Source of the DNA: Camelus dromedarius
Lineage: Eukaryota
Direction of reading: 5' to 3'
Assembly (NCBI RefSeq): GCF_036321535.1
Contig: NC_087436.1
Span: 9,796,001 to 9,860,000, forward strand
DNA length: 64,000 nucleotides
Below the pieces are notes generated by a model that had not been told where the DNA came from, searched no databases, and saw only the letters and a list, made by a program, of their open reading frames with translations. A program made the position numbers and the translations under genes. This document shows positions 54,619 through 64,000 of the stretch, piece after piece (position 1 is the stretch's first letter; the number at the start of each line of letters is the position of its first letter).

Positions 54619-56790
54619 TCTTTGGAAATTAAAGCCACAAACAAGAATACACTGTCACATTACACAGATAATGCTATGGCCACTTGGAAAATGAAACATA
54701 TTAGTTCAGATTATTACAATTCATTCAAAGATTTTCAACCGTATCCCAAGTAATTTCAAGAGTTAGCACTTCTCAGTTCTGAACATACATGTAAGTAACA
54801 GATCATAGGTCACCCATTTCTGTGTTAGATCTGCTTCTGGAAGAAAGATAATGTCAGGGGCTGACAGTGACAGTGAGCACTAACAGAATTCATTCTCCAT
54901 CTTCTCTCCTCCCTAACCCGCTTCTCAGAGTCAAGTTACACGAGAATTAAAAATCACCTAATCCAAACCCTCAGTTCATAGAAAGATAAGAAACTAGGAT
55001 TCAAGAGAGTAACATGACCACATGGCCAAATCCAGACAGCTATCACCACCACCTCATGTACTACTATATTTTCCTTTTTTGTAATTTGGTCCAAATAATG
55101 TTATACACTTTTAAGCTTTCAAAACAGTGTGCAACAAGCACGCACAGCAGGAGCATGTGCTCATGTTGATGCATTAAGCTTTGTTCCCACCAGGCTGAGA
55201 ATTCCGTTATTCTGTTAGGATGTGTTATTAGTCAAAACAGCTTCTTTGAAAAGCATTACTCCATGTGTATCATACAATTCAGTTTTCTCCCTTGAGAATA
55301 AACATTATGACCTAAATTTTTTCTACACACATCAAGTCCAATAAATGCTTGACTCACACTATGAAATCACAGAACTGCCTGACTTACTTATGCATATTAT
55401 TAAATACTGTAAGGTAATTCAAAAACTAGTAAATGTAATGACTTGAGTATCATAGAAAGATTTTTAATCGCTATGTTAAAATAATTTTTATAAAATTGTT
55501 TCACTTTAACTGGAATTTTCATTAATAAACTGCAAAATTATGTAAGAATTCTTTTTTTAAAATACTGATATGGATACTGAGAAAAAGGCCAAAAGACAAA
55601 ATTCCATTTCTACCACTGACTCATTATACAACTGATCACAAGAGCAAATGGCCTGAATTCTTCTATGTTCTTTAAGTCATAAACTAAGGAAACTGGTGGA
55701 CAATTTAGGTCTTTTTGCCAGCTCAAAATCCTATGACTTTGTCAACTATGAGTCCTATTTTTTGGTGTATCTTACTGGAGAGTTAAAAATGGTAGCGACA
55801 TTAATTTCAAGGCTTCTCATATACCTACCTCACATCTTGGGACTAAAAGAAATCTGTAATTTCTAGTTCTCAGGCAGTCCAGTGGGTTCATATTTCACAC
55901 CATTAATATCGGTGTTAAACCACAGAACTTTCTAATTTACATATTTATAAGATAAAATCAAAGACAGCCGGCAGATTAACACCCCCTTCCCCAGGACCCT
56001 TTTGCTACAAAAACAAGATACCACACCCGAATCCCTGAGCCTGCGACTGTCACCTTCCATGAAAGAGACTCTGCAGATGTGACTAAGGCTAAGGACCTTG
56101 ACAGGGGGAGATTACCCCAGATTATGAGGGTAAATCCAATCCAAGGAGTCCTTAAAGGCAGAGAATCCTTCCAGGCTGTGGTCAGAGAGACGTGCCAATG
56201 GAAGAAGGTGTGAGAGAAGCTACATCATGGGCCCCAAGAGTGAAGGAAGGGGCCGCGAGCATGTGGCAGCCTCCAGAAACTGGAAAAGGTCAGGAGACGG
56301 ATGCTCCTCTGGTACCTCCAGAAAGGACCCAGCCCCAGCGGCTCCCTTGTGTCAGCCAGTGGGACCCACATCACGTTTCTGCCCACAGAACTGTAAGGGA
56401 ATAAATCTGTGCTGTTTTAAGCCACTAAATTTGTAGTCATTTAATAGCAATAGAAAACAAATATACCAAATCAAAGAAATTCTGTCAGCAAGAGCACACT
56501 TCAAATTTTTATAAAAGACAATGTATTTATGTATTACTTGTATAAATAAAAATTGAATTTATCTGTTCAAACTTAATGACTATAAAATGAAGTATTATTA
56601 CACATTTCAGAGAAAATTCTAGTCATAAAGCCTTTGATTTATTAGCACATGCTTGGATATAAACGACAATTTTTATTAAGAAAAATATTTACACACCTAA
56701 TTGTTCGATAATACTTGACACCATCCCAAGAGGCTTTATTTCAATATCTTCGGGCAGAAGAATAGTGAGTTCTTCAACAGAAGGTAGCTC
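40248..56790 (-). CDS. NAF1: NAF1 (nuclear assembly factor 1 ribonucleoprotein), 5'-partial; six coding exons: 56697-56790, 53576-53658, 49723-49883, 46692-46743, 44302-44404, 40248-40693
   Basis: All exons have AG/GT boundaries with compatible phases and splice to ELPSVEELTILLPEDIEIKPLGMVSSIIEQLVIIESVTNIPPVNEETVIFKSDRQAAGKIFEIFGPVAHPFYVLRFNSSEHIESKGIKIKDTMYFAPSMKDFTQYIFTEKLKQDRGSDASWKNDQEPPPDALDFSDDEKEKEAKQRKK...PPFGPYY*. This is the Gar1/Naf1 domain plus the Pro-rich tail. Confidence 0.97.
41230..43980 (+). mobile_element. Old L1 (L1MC/MD-like) fragments in the last NAF1 intron
   Basis: ORF1-, ORF2- and 3'-like segments (aaagaagatctaaat, attcctatcaaaattcc, gaaagatgttcagtatcatta). Confidence 0.7.
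43297..43523. mobile_element. MER8/Tigger2-derived MITE
   Basis: TA|CAGCAGACCCTTTAACAACACGGG...GGTCAACTG. Confidence 0.7.
44302..44404 (-). CDS. NAF1: NAF1 internal exon (103 bp)
   Basis: tgcaag|GCC...CCAG|gtaagt; encodes ALDFSDDEKEKEAKQRKKSQIQGRKKFKSEFNEP. Confidence 0.96.
46692..46743 (-). CDS. NAF1: NAF1 internal exon (52 bp)
   Basis: ccctag|G...GAT|gtaagt; encodes DRGSDASWKNDQEPPPD. Confidence 0.96.
49723..49883 (-). CDS. NAF1: NAF1 internal exon (161 bp)
   Basis: ttgtag|ATA...CA|gtaagt; encodes IFEIFGPVAHPFYVLRFNSSEHIESKGIKIKDTMYFAPSMKDFTQYIFTEKLK(Q). Confidence 0.97.
53576..53658 (-). CDS. NAF1: NAF1 internal exon (83 bp)
   Basis: tttcag|TA...AAG|gtttgt; encodes (V)IIESVTNIPPVNEETVIFKSDRQAAGK. 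Confidence 0.96.
53920..54195 (+). mobile_element. Young camelid-type L1 3' end with A tail
   Basis: ctgtatagcacagggaaatatatacaagatcttgtggtagctcac...ctcaataaaaaaaaag. Confidence 0.8.
54549..54615. repeat. (AC)n microsatellite, ~33 units
   Basis: Perfect dinucleotide run. Confidence 0.98.
55965..56466 (+). mobile_element. MaLR (MLT1-type) LTR
   Basis: gcagatgtgactaagg...gctgttttaagccactaaatttgtag...gcaatagaaaacaaatata. Confidence 0.75.
56697..56790 (-). CDS. NAF1: NAF1 internal exon (94 bp), start of Gar1/Naf1 domain
   Basis: ttatag|GAG...TTAG|gtgtgt; encodes ELPSVEELTILLPEDIEIKPLGMVSSIIEQL. Confidence 0.96.
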
Positions 56791-57339
56791 CTATAATATA
56801 AAAAAGCATTAATCTTCCTCCAGCTTCAACAACATTTTTAAAAAAAGGAGTCTGCATTTAGAGTGCTATACTCATTTCTGAAGATACATTAAGTATTTAT
56901 ATCATCTCTGTGATGTTTCCTTTTTAGTGTCTGAGCATTTCTCCCACCTTCAACGTCTCCCCACCTAAGTGACTGAAAAGATCCAGTGTCTACAGCGTAA
57001 TCTGTAAGAACACAGACCTGAATACCATTTGAGATTTTTCCAATTATACTTAAATACAAGACACCTCCCCTCCCAAAAAAGGTACTGTTAAGGAATCCAA
57101 AGTCAAGAAAAGAGACAATTCACAGAATAACTCCCAGAGACATTCCATCTGAAGAGAAATAATTCTACTGGCCACGCCAACGTCTCCACAGACGGAGAGC
57201 CCTCGTAGCTGTTTTAATGTGGTTAATTGATTTGACAGTGATTAACCAGCTGAACAGAGAAGCAGCTAACTTTTCTGGGGCTGTGTGAAAAAAGACATGA
57301 ATTTCTGGCCTCGTCAAGAAAAAAATGCAGAATTCCTGG

Positions 57340-58480
57340 AAACAGAAGGCAAGTTCCAGTCAGGAAAAGCTGTGAAGCTGTTGCCTGATTATCCCGCCTC
57401 TCCAGGTTAAAAACCAAATTTCTTTACAGCTAAAGACTTCTCTTTTCTGACCCAGCTGCTAACTGTATCTCAGTTGCTATAGAAACTAAATATTTCAGTA
57501 GAGATGAAGTCGGAGAGAAATCTAAGAATAAAACAGACCCTAGGCTTTAAATTAAATAAACAGAGCTTTCTAATCCTCATCTTGGCCAAATGATCACAAT
57601 GGATTCTTGGAAGGAAGTTCTTCCTTTAAGAAGGGCTTGAAAGTGCAAAGATCCTGTTAATGACACGTTAAGGTTAGTTTGGTAGAAGAAAGACAACTTT
57701 TGGAGAAATGTTGGACGACAGGAAAACCTAAATTATACAGTACATTGAAGATAAGCATTTTCCTCTATGGGAACTCAAACCAAGGGGTTTTTATTTATAT
57801 ATTTAATTGAAGCATAGTTGATGTACAATGTTGCATTAGTTTCTGTACAGCAAAATGATTCAGTTTTTTATATATAAAAATATATATATATACACACACA
57901 TGCATATATATATGTATTCTTTGTCATGTATTTTTTTCATTATCACTTAACCAGAGTTAAAGCATAGCTTTCTTCTGGGGACGCTACTTTCAGATGAAGG
58001 GCTAGTAATGAAGAGCCACACTAAGGGTCTCAACCAACGCAATGCAGAAGACTTACCTCTGGGTGGTTAGTCTGGCCTGTGTTGAAGGAAATGATTATAT
58101 TTTATATGTCAGACTTTCTCTGGGTACTTTTAGGGATAAGACCATCACTTGTCATTTTATCATATTAAATATGGAAAGCCTTTTCTTGGCAAGACCATGG
58201 TTTGAAAGAATAGAATAAACTGGTACATGTGACATGGAACAGCTTTGTTTAAGAAGGTCTTCCCCGGGGAAGGCCCTTGCCCTGTTAAATATAAGCCTGG
58301 AGAACAATAACGCCAGGGGCTGCAGACAGGAGGAGGCTTTCGTGACACGTTAGAGGGCAACTGTGGTATCACTCTGGCTCTGGGAGCGGCACCTCTTAGA
58401 AGCAGCCAACTGCATCTTCCAATGCAGCAGTTCAGTGATGAAACCTACCCCACCGCCTCACCAAACCACAGCAAGGACTA
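57340..58480 (-). other. Endogenous bornavirus-like nucleoprotein (EBLN) element; decayed and interrupted by a short L1 3' fragment
   Basis: Colinear blocks versus recalled BoDV-1 N: [21 protein letters not shown] (58300-58238) vs [43 protein letters not shown] (58029-57964) vs [58 protein letters not shown] (57725-57618) vs [55 protein letters not shown] (57525-57475) vs [33 protein letters not shown] (57457-57401) vs [21 protein letters not shown]. Confidence 0.75.
57788..57945 (-). mobile_element. Short artiodactyl-type L1 3' fragment inserted in the EBLN
   Basis: ttgaagcatagttgatgtacaatgttgcattagtttctgtacagcaaaatgattcag. Confidence 0.75.
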
Positions 58481-58794
58481 GAGCAGACTTTCCTTACTTT
58501 TGGACTGTAATAAAGCCCACTGATTACATCAAGTCGGGAGTATGTAGGTAGAAGAAAGGAAGAAAAGCGGAACTGCTGTTAGACCTTTCAGGAAACCCTC
58601 TGAACTGGGTAGGAGGGCAGACACATGTCGTTAACACTCAGGACACAAAATCAGTGTTATTCTCAAACAAATAAATGCTATTAGACCACAAAGCGGAAGG
58701 CTCCTTGTTTTGTATTTTCTATTAGGAGCAATAAAGGCCCACGCAATGTAATTATGTTTCGGTACAAATCTAAACTCTGACACTGTTTTGATCT

Positions 58795-61700
58795 TTTTTA
58801 ATTTTAAGTATGAAAATTATTCATGTTCCTGGGGTTTCTTTTTTTTGTTTGTTTTTTTTAAAGGAAACACTCAAGTAGTACAGAAGGGTATGGAGCAAAA
58901 AGCAGAAATCCCCCTAGCTTATTTCTCTCAACCTTCCAATTCCTCTCCATAGACAGCTGGTAAGTCCTTCAAATACACTTACTAGGCAGATGCAAACTTT
59001 ACATTTCTATCTTTGAAAGGTTCTGCTCAAATAAAATACCCACATTATAATGTAAGTAAGCCTTTTTATCATATCTTGCACATCTTTCTACACTAAAACA
59101 TAAATATCTAATTTTATTTAAACACTCTTATGATGTTGCACTGTATAGATGTACGAAACTCAGTACACCAGTCACTTGACATTTATCTGCAGCTTTAATA
59201 AAATGATTACACGATACAATGAACATTCTATTACATATATCTTTGTGTAACTCCTATGATAAATGCTTCTAAGCAGAATTGCTAAATTCAAAGCTATGAA
59301 CATTTTTAATTTTGACAAGACACTAAATTTCTTTTTGAAAAGGTCACGTCAATTCACACTTTCATGAACGAGAGGTTTTCCTACATCCTTGCATTCACTG
59401 AGAAGCAAACTAGATCTCTGCCAGTCTGATGGGTCTAAAATGGTATCTTGCTTGAATTTCAATTTCATCATTTAATCAGGAAGACATGTTTCCTGGCTAT
59501 CTGAATGTGTTTATGAATTGTTTGTATATTTTATACCTTTTTTGGGGAGAAAGGTTTATCTTCATTAATTTGAACGTCTGCCCTGTATCAAATATGCAGC
59601 AAATATCCACTCCCTTACCTCCCACCGTGTTTTTTAGCATTGAAGTTGTTTAACGAACTCTGGCATCTGACACCAAATACACCAATCTTTTCCTTTTTTC
59701 AATTTTGAGACTTGTGTCACATTTATAAAGACCTTCCCTATGCCAAGATCACTTTTAAAATTCAACATTTTCATTGCTTTTCTGGTTTCATTTCTTAAAT
59801 TTGCATATTTGATCCACTTGTCATTTTATTTTTATAATAAAAACAAGACAGATTGATTTTATCTTTATCCAAATTACTAGCCAGTTACATCCTCATGTTG
59901 TAGAATAATAATCTATCTTTACCCTACTGATTTGAAAAATAAATTTGAACATAAATTAGATGTACTTATATATCGGGTTTTTAACTAAAATTTCTATTTG
60001 GTTCTACTGATCTCTTTCAGTATCAGTGCTCAACTCTGCCTTTCATGTTTAATTCTGGGGAATAAGGTCTAGTTCCCCTAACCACTCCATCAGTATTTTC
60101 CTCTTAGAATCTTCCCAGCTACTCTGACACGATTTTCTTACTAAACTTTAAAACCATTCCATCATTACTGTCCTCAATGTTGATTAAATCACACGTAATT
60201 AGTTACAGTTGACCTCTTATGAATCCTACATAGTCCTTAGGCTTATCTGAAGCCATTTTGTATCTTATTTGCTATTATGAATTCCTACTTATTTAGTATC
60301 TTTTACTGCTACTATAAACAGGTTCTTTATAGGATATTGTTTGAACACAAGAAAGCATCATGCTTAAACTTATGTCTAGTGATTTTCCTGTATATTCACT
60401 ATATTTAACCCTATTTTCAAAAAAAATAAGTCCTTCCCCTTTTCATTATTAGTACATCACATTTTTCACTTTTCAAATGACTCTGGTTGGTACGACCAGA
60501 ATATCAAGTATCAAGCAATTGTGATGTTCGTGAGCATGTCTGACACTTTATTAGGTATGTTTCAAATGTCACACATAATCACGCATTTTTTTTTGAAGTA
60601 TAGCTAATTTACAATGTTGTGTTAGTTTCTGGTGTACAGCAAAGTGATTCAGTTATACATACATACTTTTTCATATATATGGCTCATTACAAGATACTGA
60701 ATATAGTTCCCTGTGCCGTACAGTGGGTCTTTGTTGCTTATCAATTTTATATATAGTAATGTGTATCTCTTAATCACACACTCCTAAATTATCCCTCCTC
60801 CTGCTTCCCCTTTGGCAATCATTAGTTTGTTCTCTATGTCTGTGAGTCGGTTTCTGTTCTGTAAATAAGTTCACTTGTATCAGTTTTTTTTTAGATTCCA
60901 TGTATAAGTGATATCATATATATGTCTTTCTCTGACTTACTTCACTTAGTATGATAATCCGTAGGTCCATCCATGTTGCTGCAAATGGCATTATTTTATT
61001 CCCTTCTATGGCTGAGTAGTATTCCATTGCACAAATATATCACATCTTCTTTATCCATTCATCTGTCAATGAGCATTTAGGTTGTTTCCATGTCTTGCCT
61101 ACTGTAAACAGTGCTGGTATGAACACTGGGGTGCAAGTACCTTTTCGAATTAGTTTTCTCCAGATATATGCCCAGAAGTAGGATTGCAGGATCATACAGT
61201 AAGTCTAATTTTAGTTTTTTAAGAAACTTCCATACTGTTTTCCATAGTGGCTGCACCAATTTACATTCCCACCAACAGGGCAGGAGGTTCCCTTTTCTCC
61301 ACATCCTTCCAGCATCTACTATTTGTGGACTTCTTAATGATGACTATTCTGACTGGTGTGAAGTGATACCTCATTGTAGTTTTGATTTGCAGTTCTTTAA
61401 TAATTAGCAATGTTGAGGATCTTTTCATGTGCTTATTGGCCATCTGTGTGTCTTCTATGGAGAAATGTCTAGGTCTTCTGGTCATTTCTTGATTGGGTTG
61501 TTTGTTTTTCATTACTGAGTTGTATGAGCTGTTTGTGTATTTTGGAAATGATCCCTTGTCAGTCACATCACTTGTAAATATATTCTCTCGCTTCATAGGC
61601 TGTCTTTTTGTTTTGTTGATGGTTTACCTTTTGCTGTGCAAAAAGCTTAGAAGTCTCATTAGGTCTCATTTGCTTATTTTTGCTTTTATTATTGCTTTGG

Positions 61701-61850
61701 GAGCATAACTGAGTAAATCATTTTGATTAAATCCAATCAAAAAATTTAATGAGGTTAAGAAAAGTAGCTACCTATTCCTATTTGTATGTGTCTTTTATTA
61801 ATAACAGAAATGACTGTTAAACTTTACCAAATGCCTTTTCTCTCTCATCA
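58795..61850 (-). mobile_element. Ancient L1 (L1ME-like) between EBLL and EBLN, interrupted by a younger L1
   Basis: Reverse L1 3' motifs (aatgaacattct...gaattgctaaattcaaagctatgaacattttta) running to ORF2-like ttaccaaatgccttttct at ~61830. Confidence 0.65.
60587..61708 (-). mobile_element. Younger artiodactyl-type L1 3' end
   Basis: Track ORFs 61077..61304 and 61261..61596 are the L1 ORF2 C-terminus; T-tract at the left end. Confidence 0.9.
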
Positions 61851-63660
61851 TTTTTTGAGATCACAGTAACATAATTTATTGTAAGTTGAGCAGGTCCAAC
61901 TACAGGGCCTGATGGAGGCCTGATACCCTGCTCTAAGGACGTCGGTGAGACCTCCAGCAGGAGGAAGACAAGGAAACATAAAACCAGTATCTGTAGTGAG
62001 GCAGGGACTCACCTGTGATTAAAACACAGTCCAGCAGGCTCCCTTACTTCTTGTTACTAGCCTGTTTCCAACCTATTACTAACAGAATGAAAAGTTCTGC
62101 CTACAAATGGGGAAGATCTCTAATCTTATGTAGAATCAAACTTAGAACACAGACACCATACAGAGCTCTAATTCCAGTTCAGTGACCCCCATAATCTGTT
62201 AACACGGGAATATATCCACAGCCTTCTGCAATTCCTAAAAAGGGTCAATGAGGGCATTAACATAGCTTCTTGATGGTAACAGACTCTATCTAAAAAAGTG
62301 ATGTGCATGAAGTCTCCATCCCAAATACTCTGCAGAACACAAAAGGGGTATAAAGAACTAAATAATGTACACAAATCTTTTAAGAGATGAGTGAAATCAG
62401 CCTAGTACAATTTCATGTTGAGATCAGTAAGTGAAACCAGCCGTGTATAATTCCAGGGTAAGAGTCTGTTTTGGATTGTGCGTTTGAAAATCCAGTTAAG
62501 TCGAGCAGTATATTCACTTTGGAAATGGTAGACATTTGGGGACTGAATCAAGGGAGAAAAGATACATTTGTTCCTTTTAAACGACCACACTAGGAGACAA
62601 GAAGGAAAAGGGGGGCTAAAATCTCCTGAACCCCTACAACAATTCACCCATGGATGTGCGTCCCATGAAGATTTCTGGGTACTCTGAAGAGGCAGAACTT
62701 TAGAAAGTTCAAAGAGAAAGTTCCCTGGACTGCATGTCAGACCAGGCAATATAAGATCTTGCCCCGATATCAAGATATCCAAGTTACCTGATCTCCCCCA
62801 CCGTTCATCTAAAGAACTATCCCGCCACCAGGCCCAGTCACTCCCTAACAATTATCCTGTGGTTCTGCTTTCTTGTAAATACATTACTGTCCAACATACT
62901 GATTCTTTACTTGCCCAAAGTCTATTTCCCTAACTAGATAATAAATCTGACAGTAACTAGGACCTGGTCTGCCTTGCTCGTGTATAGACCAGAACAACCA
63001 GAGCAATGACTAGCATATAGTAGGTGCTCAGTATACACTTATGAAATGAACTGACTTTTCTCATCAGTCCACACTAAACAAAAATCTCAGAAGAGGTCAG
63101 AGTCTTTCTCAGTCAGAGCAAAAAATCAGATAATGAAAATTTAATTCTTCAAATTCAAAAGAGAATCCTCAAGGAATGAATAAGACCTCAACCCAATCTT
63201 CTCAAAAAGAAAGTAAAAAAGGGAGGCCTCCAATTAAGCTTCAACGCCCGGGATGGATGCAGATGTCTCAGATTTGCCGCAGCAAACACTGCTGCGATGA
63301 TTAGATTAACACTGCCCCCCCCCCCAACACAGCAGCTGTCCCTGCTAAGATAATGAATAAATCTGCTCAGAATCATAATCCCCTTCGAGGAACAAAAATC
63401 AATCACTTTGCTTTTCCATAAGTGAGAAAGGACATGTGTGACAGAAACGAGGAGAAACATACAGACACACTCCAGTAACGACAAGAAAGGAAGCAGAACA
63501 CATATTAAAGGACGCTACCGCCTTGACAGTGCACACAGGATAAAAAGAATCAGAAGTAAGAGGCATACTGATAAACCAAAAAAAATGAAGGTAGAGGTGA
63601 TGAGGGAAATCTGGGCCAGTCTTCATCATATAAACAAAACCAAGTGTAAGGAAAACAAAA
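61851..63660 (-). other. Endogenous bornavirus-like L (EBLL) element, C-terminal part of L; decayed and interrupted by an L2 (may extend to ~63790)
   Basis: Colinear translated blocks versus recalled BoDV-1 L: VSVTHVLSHLWKSKVIDFCSS (from 63448) vs [27 protein letters not shown]..LNFH (63170-63133) vs QDSALL..INFH; THIHG*..GRLKGTNVSFLP*FSP..VNILLDLTG (62670-62491) vs GHHHGC..RKLKLCVLYIYPTVDP..LTIILVLGG; LPSRSYVNALIDPF*ELQ (from 62279) vs LPLATPCKALFRPIYRSLQ; LSLILHKIRDLPHL*AELFILLVIG (62175-62068) vs [33 protein letters not shown] (61903-61880) vs LVGLPAGLT. Confidence 0.8.
62788..63054 (+). mobile_element. L2 (L2a-like) 3' end inserted within the EBLL
   Basis: cagtcactccctaacaattatcctg...tagcatatagtaggtgctcagtatacacttatgaaatgaa matches the canonical L2 3' terminus. 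Confidence 0.8.
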
Positions 63661-63799
63661 GACAAGACTACTTACAGTAGCTGAGGAAGATTAAAGTGCA
63701 GGCCTGACTTACCCTAAAACCCTCAAGGCAAGATGAATGAGAGGGTAAGAAAGACTCCCTCTATTCTGCTTATCCAATAAAGACAAGAATAATTTGGTC

Positions 63800-63945
63800 A
63801 TTTAAATTTAATTAAGTAAAATTAAATTAAATTTTAAATGCAGTCTTCAGTACCACTGGCCACATTTCAAGTACTCAATACAGTATGAAGACAGCATCAA
63901 TACAGGACATTTCCATCACTGCAGAAGATCACCTGCACAGCACTG
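63800..63945. mobile_element. MER3/MER33-like hAT MITE fragment
   Basis: gccacatttcaagtactcaata...acatttccatcactgcagaa...gcacagcactg; a similar element lies at ~28260-28460. Confidence 0.6.
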
Positions 63946-64000
63946 TTTCACGTTCTCATACAGCCAAAGAGCCCTCTATTACAAAATATATATCTATACA

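Noticed and set aside
58790..61860. atctttttt / atcatttttt as a TSD of the old L1 between EBLL and EBLN
   Set aside because: Too short and low-complexity to count as evidence.
62402..62851. 149-aa ORF, plus the in-frame 68-aa ORF at 62168-62374, as an intact novel gene
   Set aside because: It starts at a TTG inside the L2. Most of its length is in a different frame from the L-like blocks, so it is an incidental open frame in a decayed EBLL.

Overview
Mammalian genomic DNA, most likely camelid: it carries a Vic-1-like tRNA-derived SINE and artiodactyl-type L1 3' ends. The right third holds the last six coding exons of NAF1 (H/ACA RNP assembly factor) on the minus strand (56790 to 40248); its 5' exons lie beyond the window. 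The left 40 kb is repeat-rich intergenic DNA with about ten ERV solo LTRs, ERVL/MaLR relics, L1, L2, Tigger and Charlie elements, plus an orphan CpG island at ~24.6-25.3 kb. The main finding is in the NAF1 intron at 56.8-64 kb. Two heavily decayed minus-strand segments translate, across frameshifts and stops, into colinear blocks resembling bornavirus proteins. One is nucleoprotein-like (EBLN, ~57340-58480) and one resembles the C-terminal part of the L polymerase (EBLL, ~61851-63660 or further). They sit in the non-genomic order L then N, are separated by an old L1, and the L part is interrupted by an L2, which suggests a very ancient integration. This homology was judged by eye against my recollection of BoDV-1 N and L and needs tblastn/HMM confirmation. 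Repeat family names are also by-eye calls and many boundaries are approximate.
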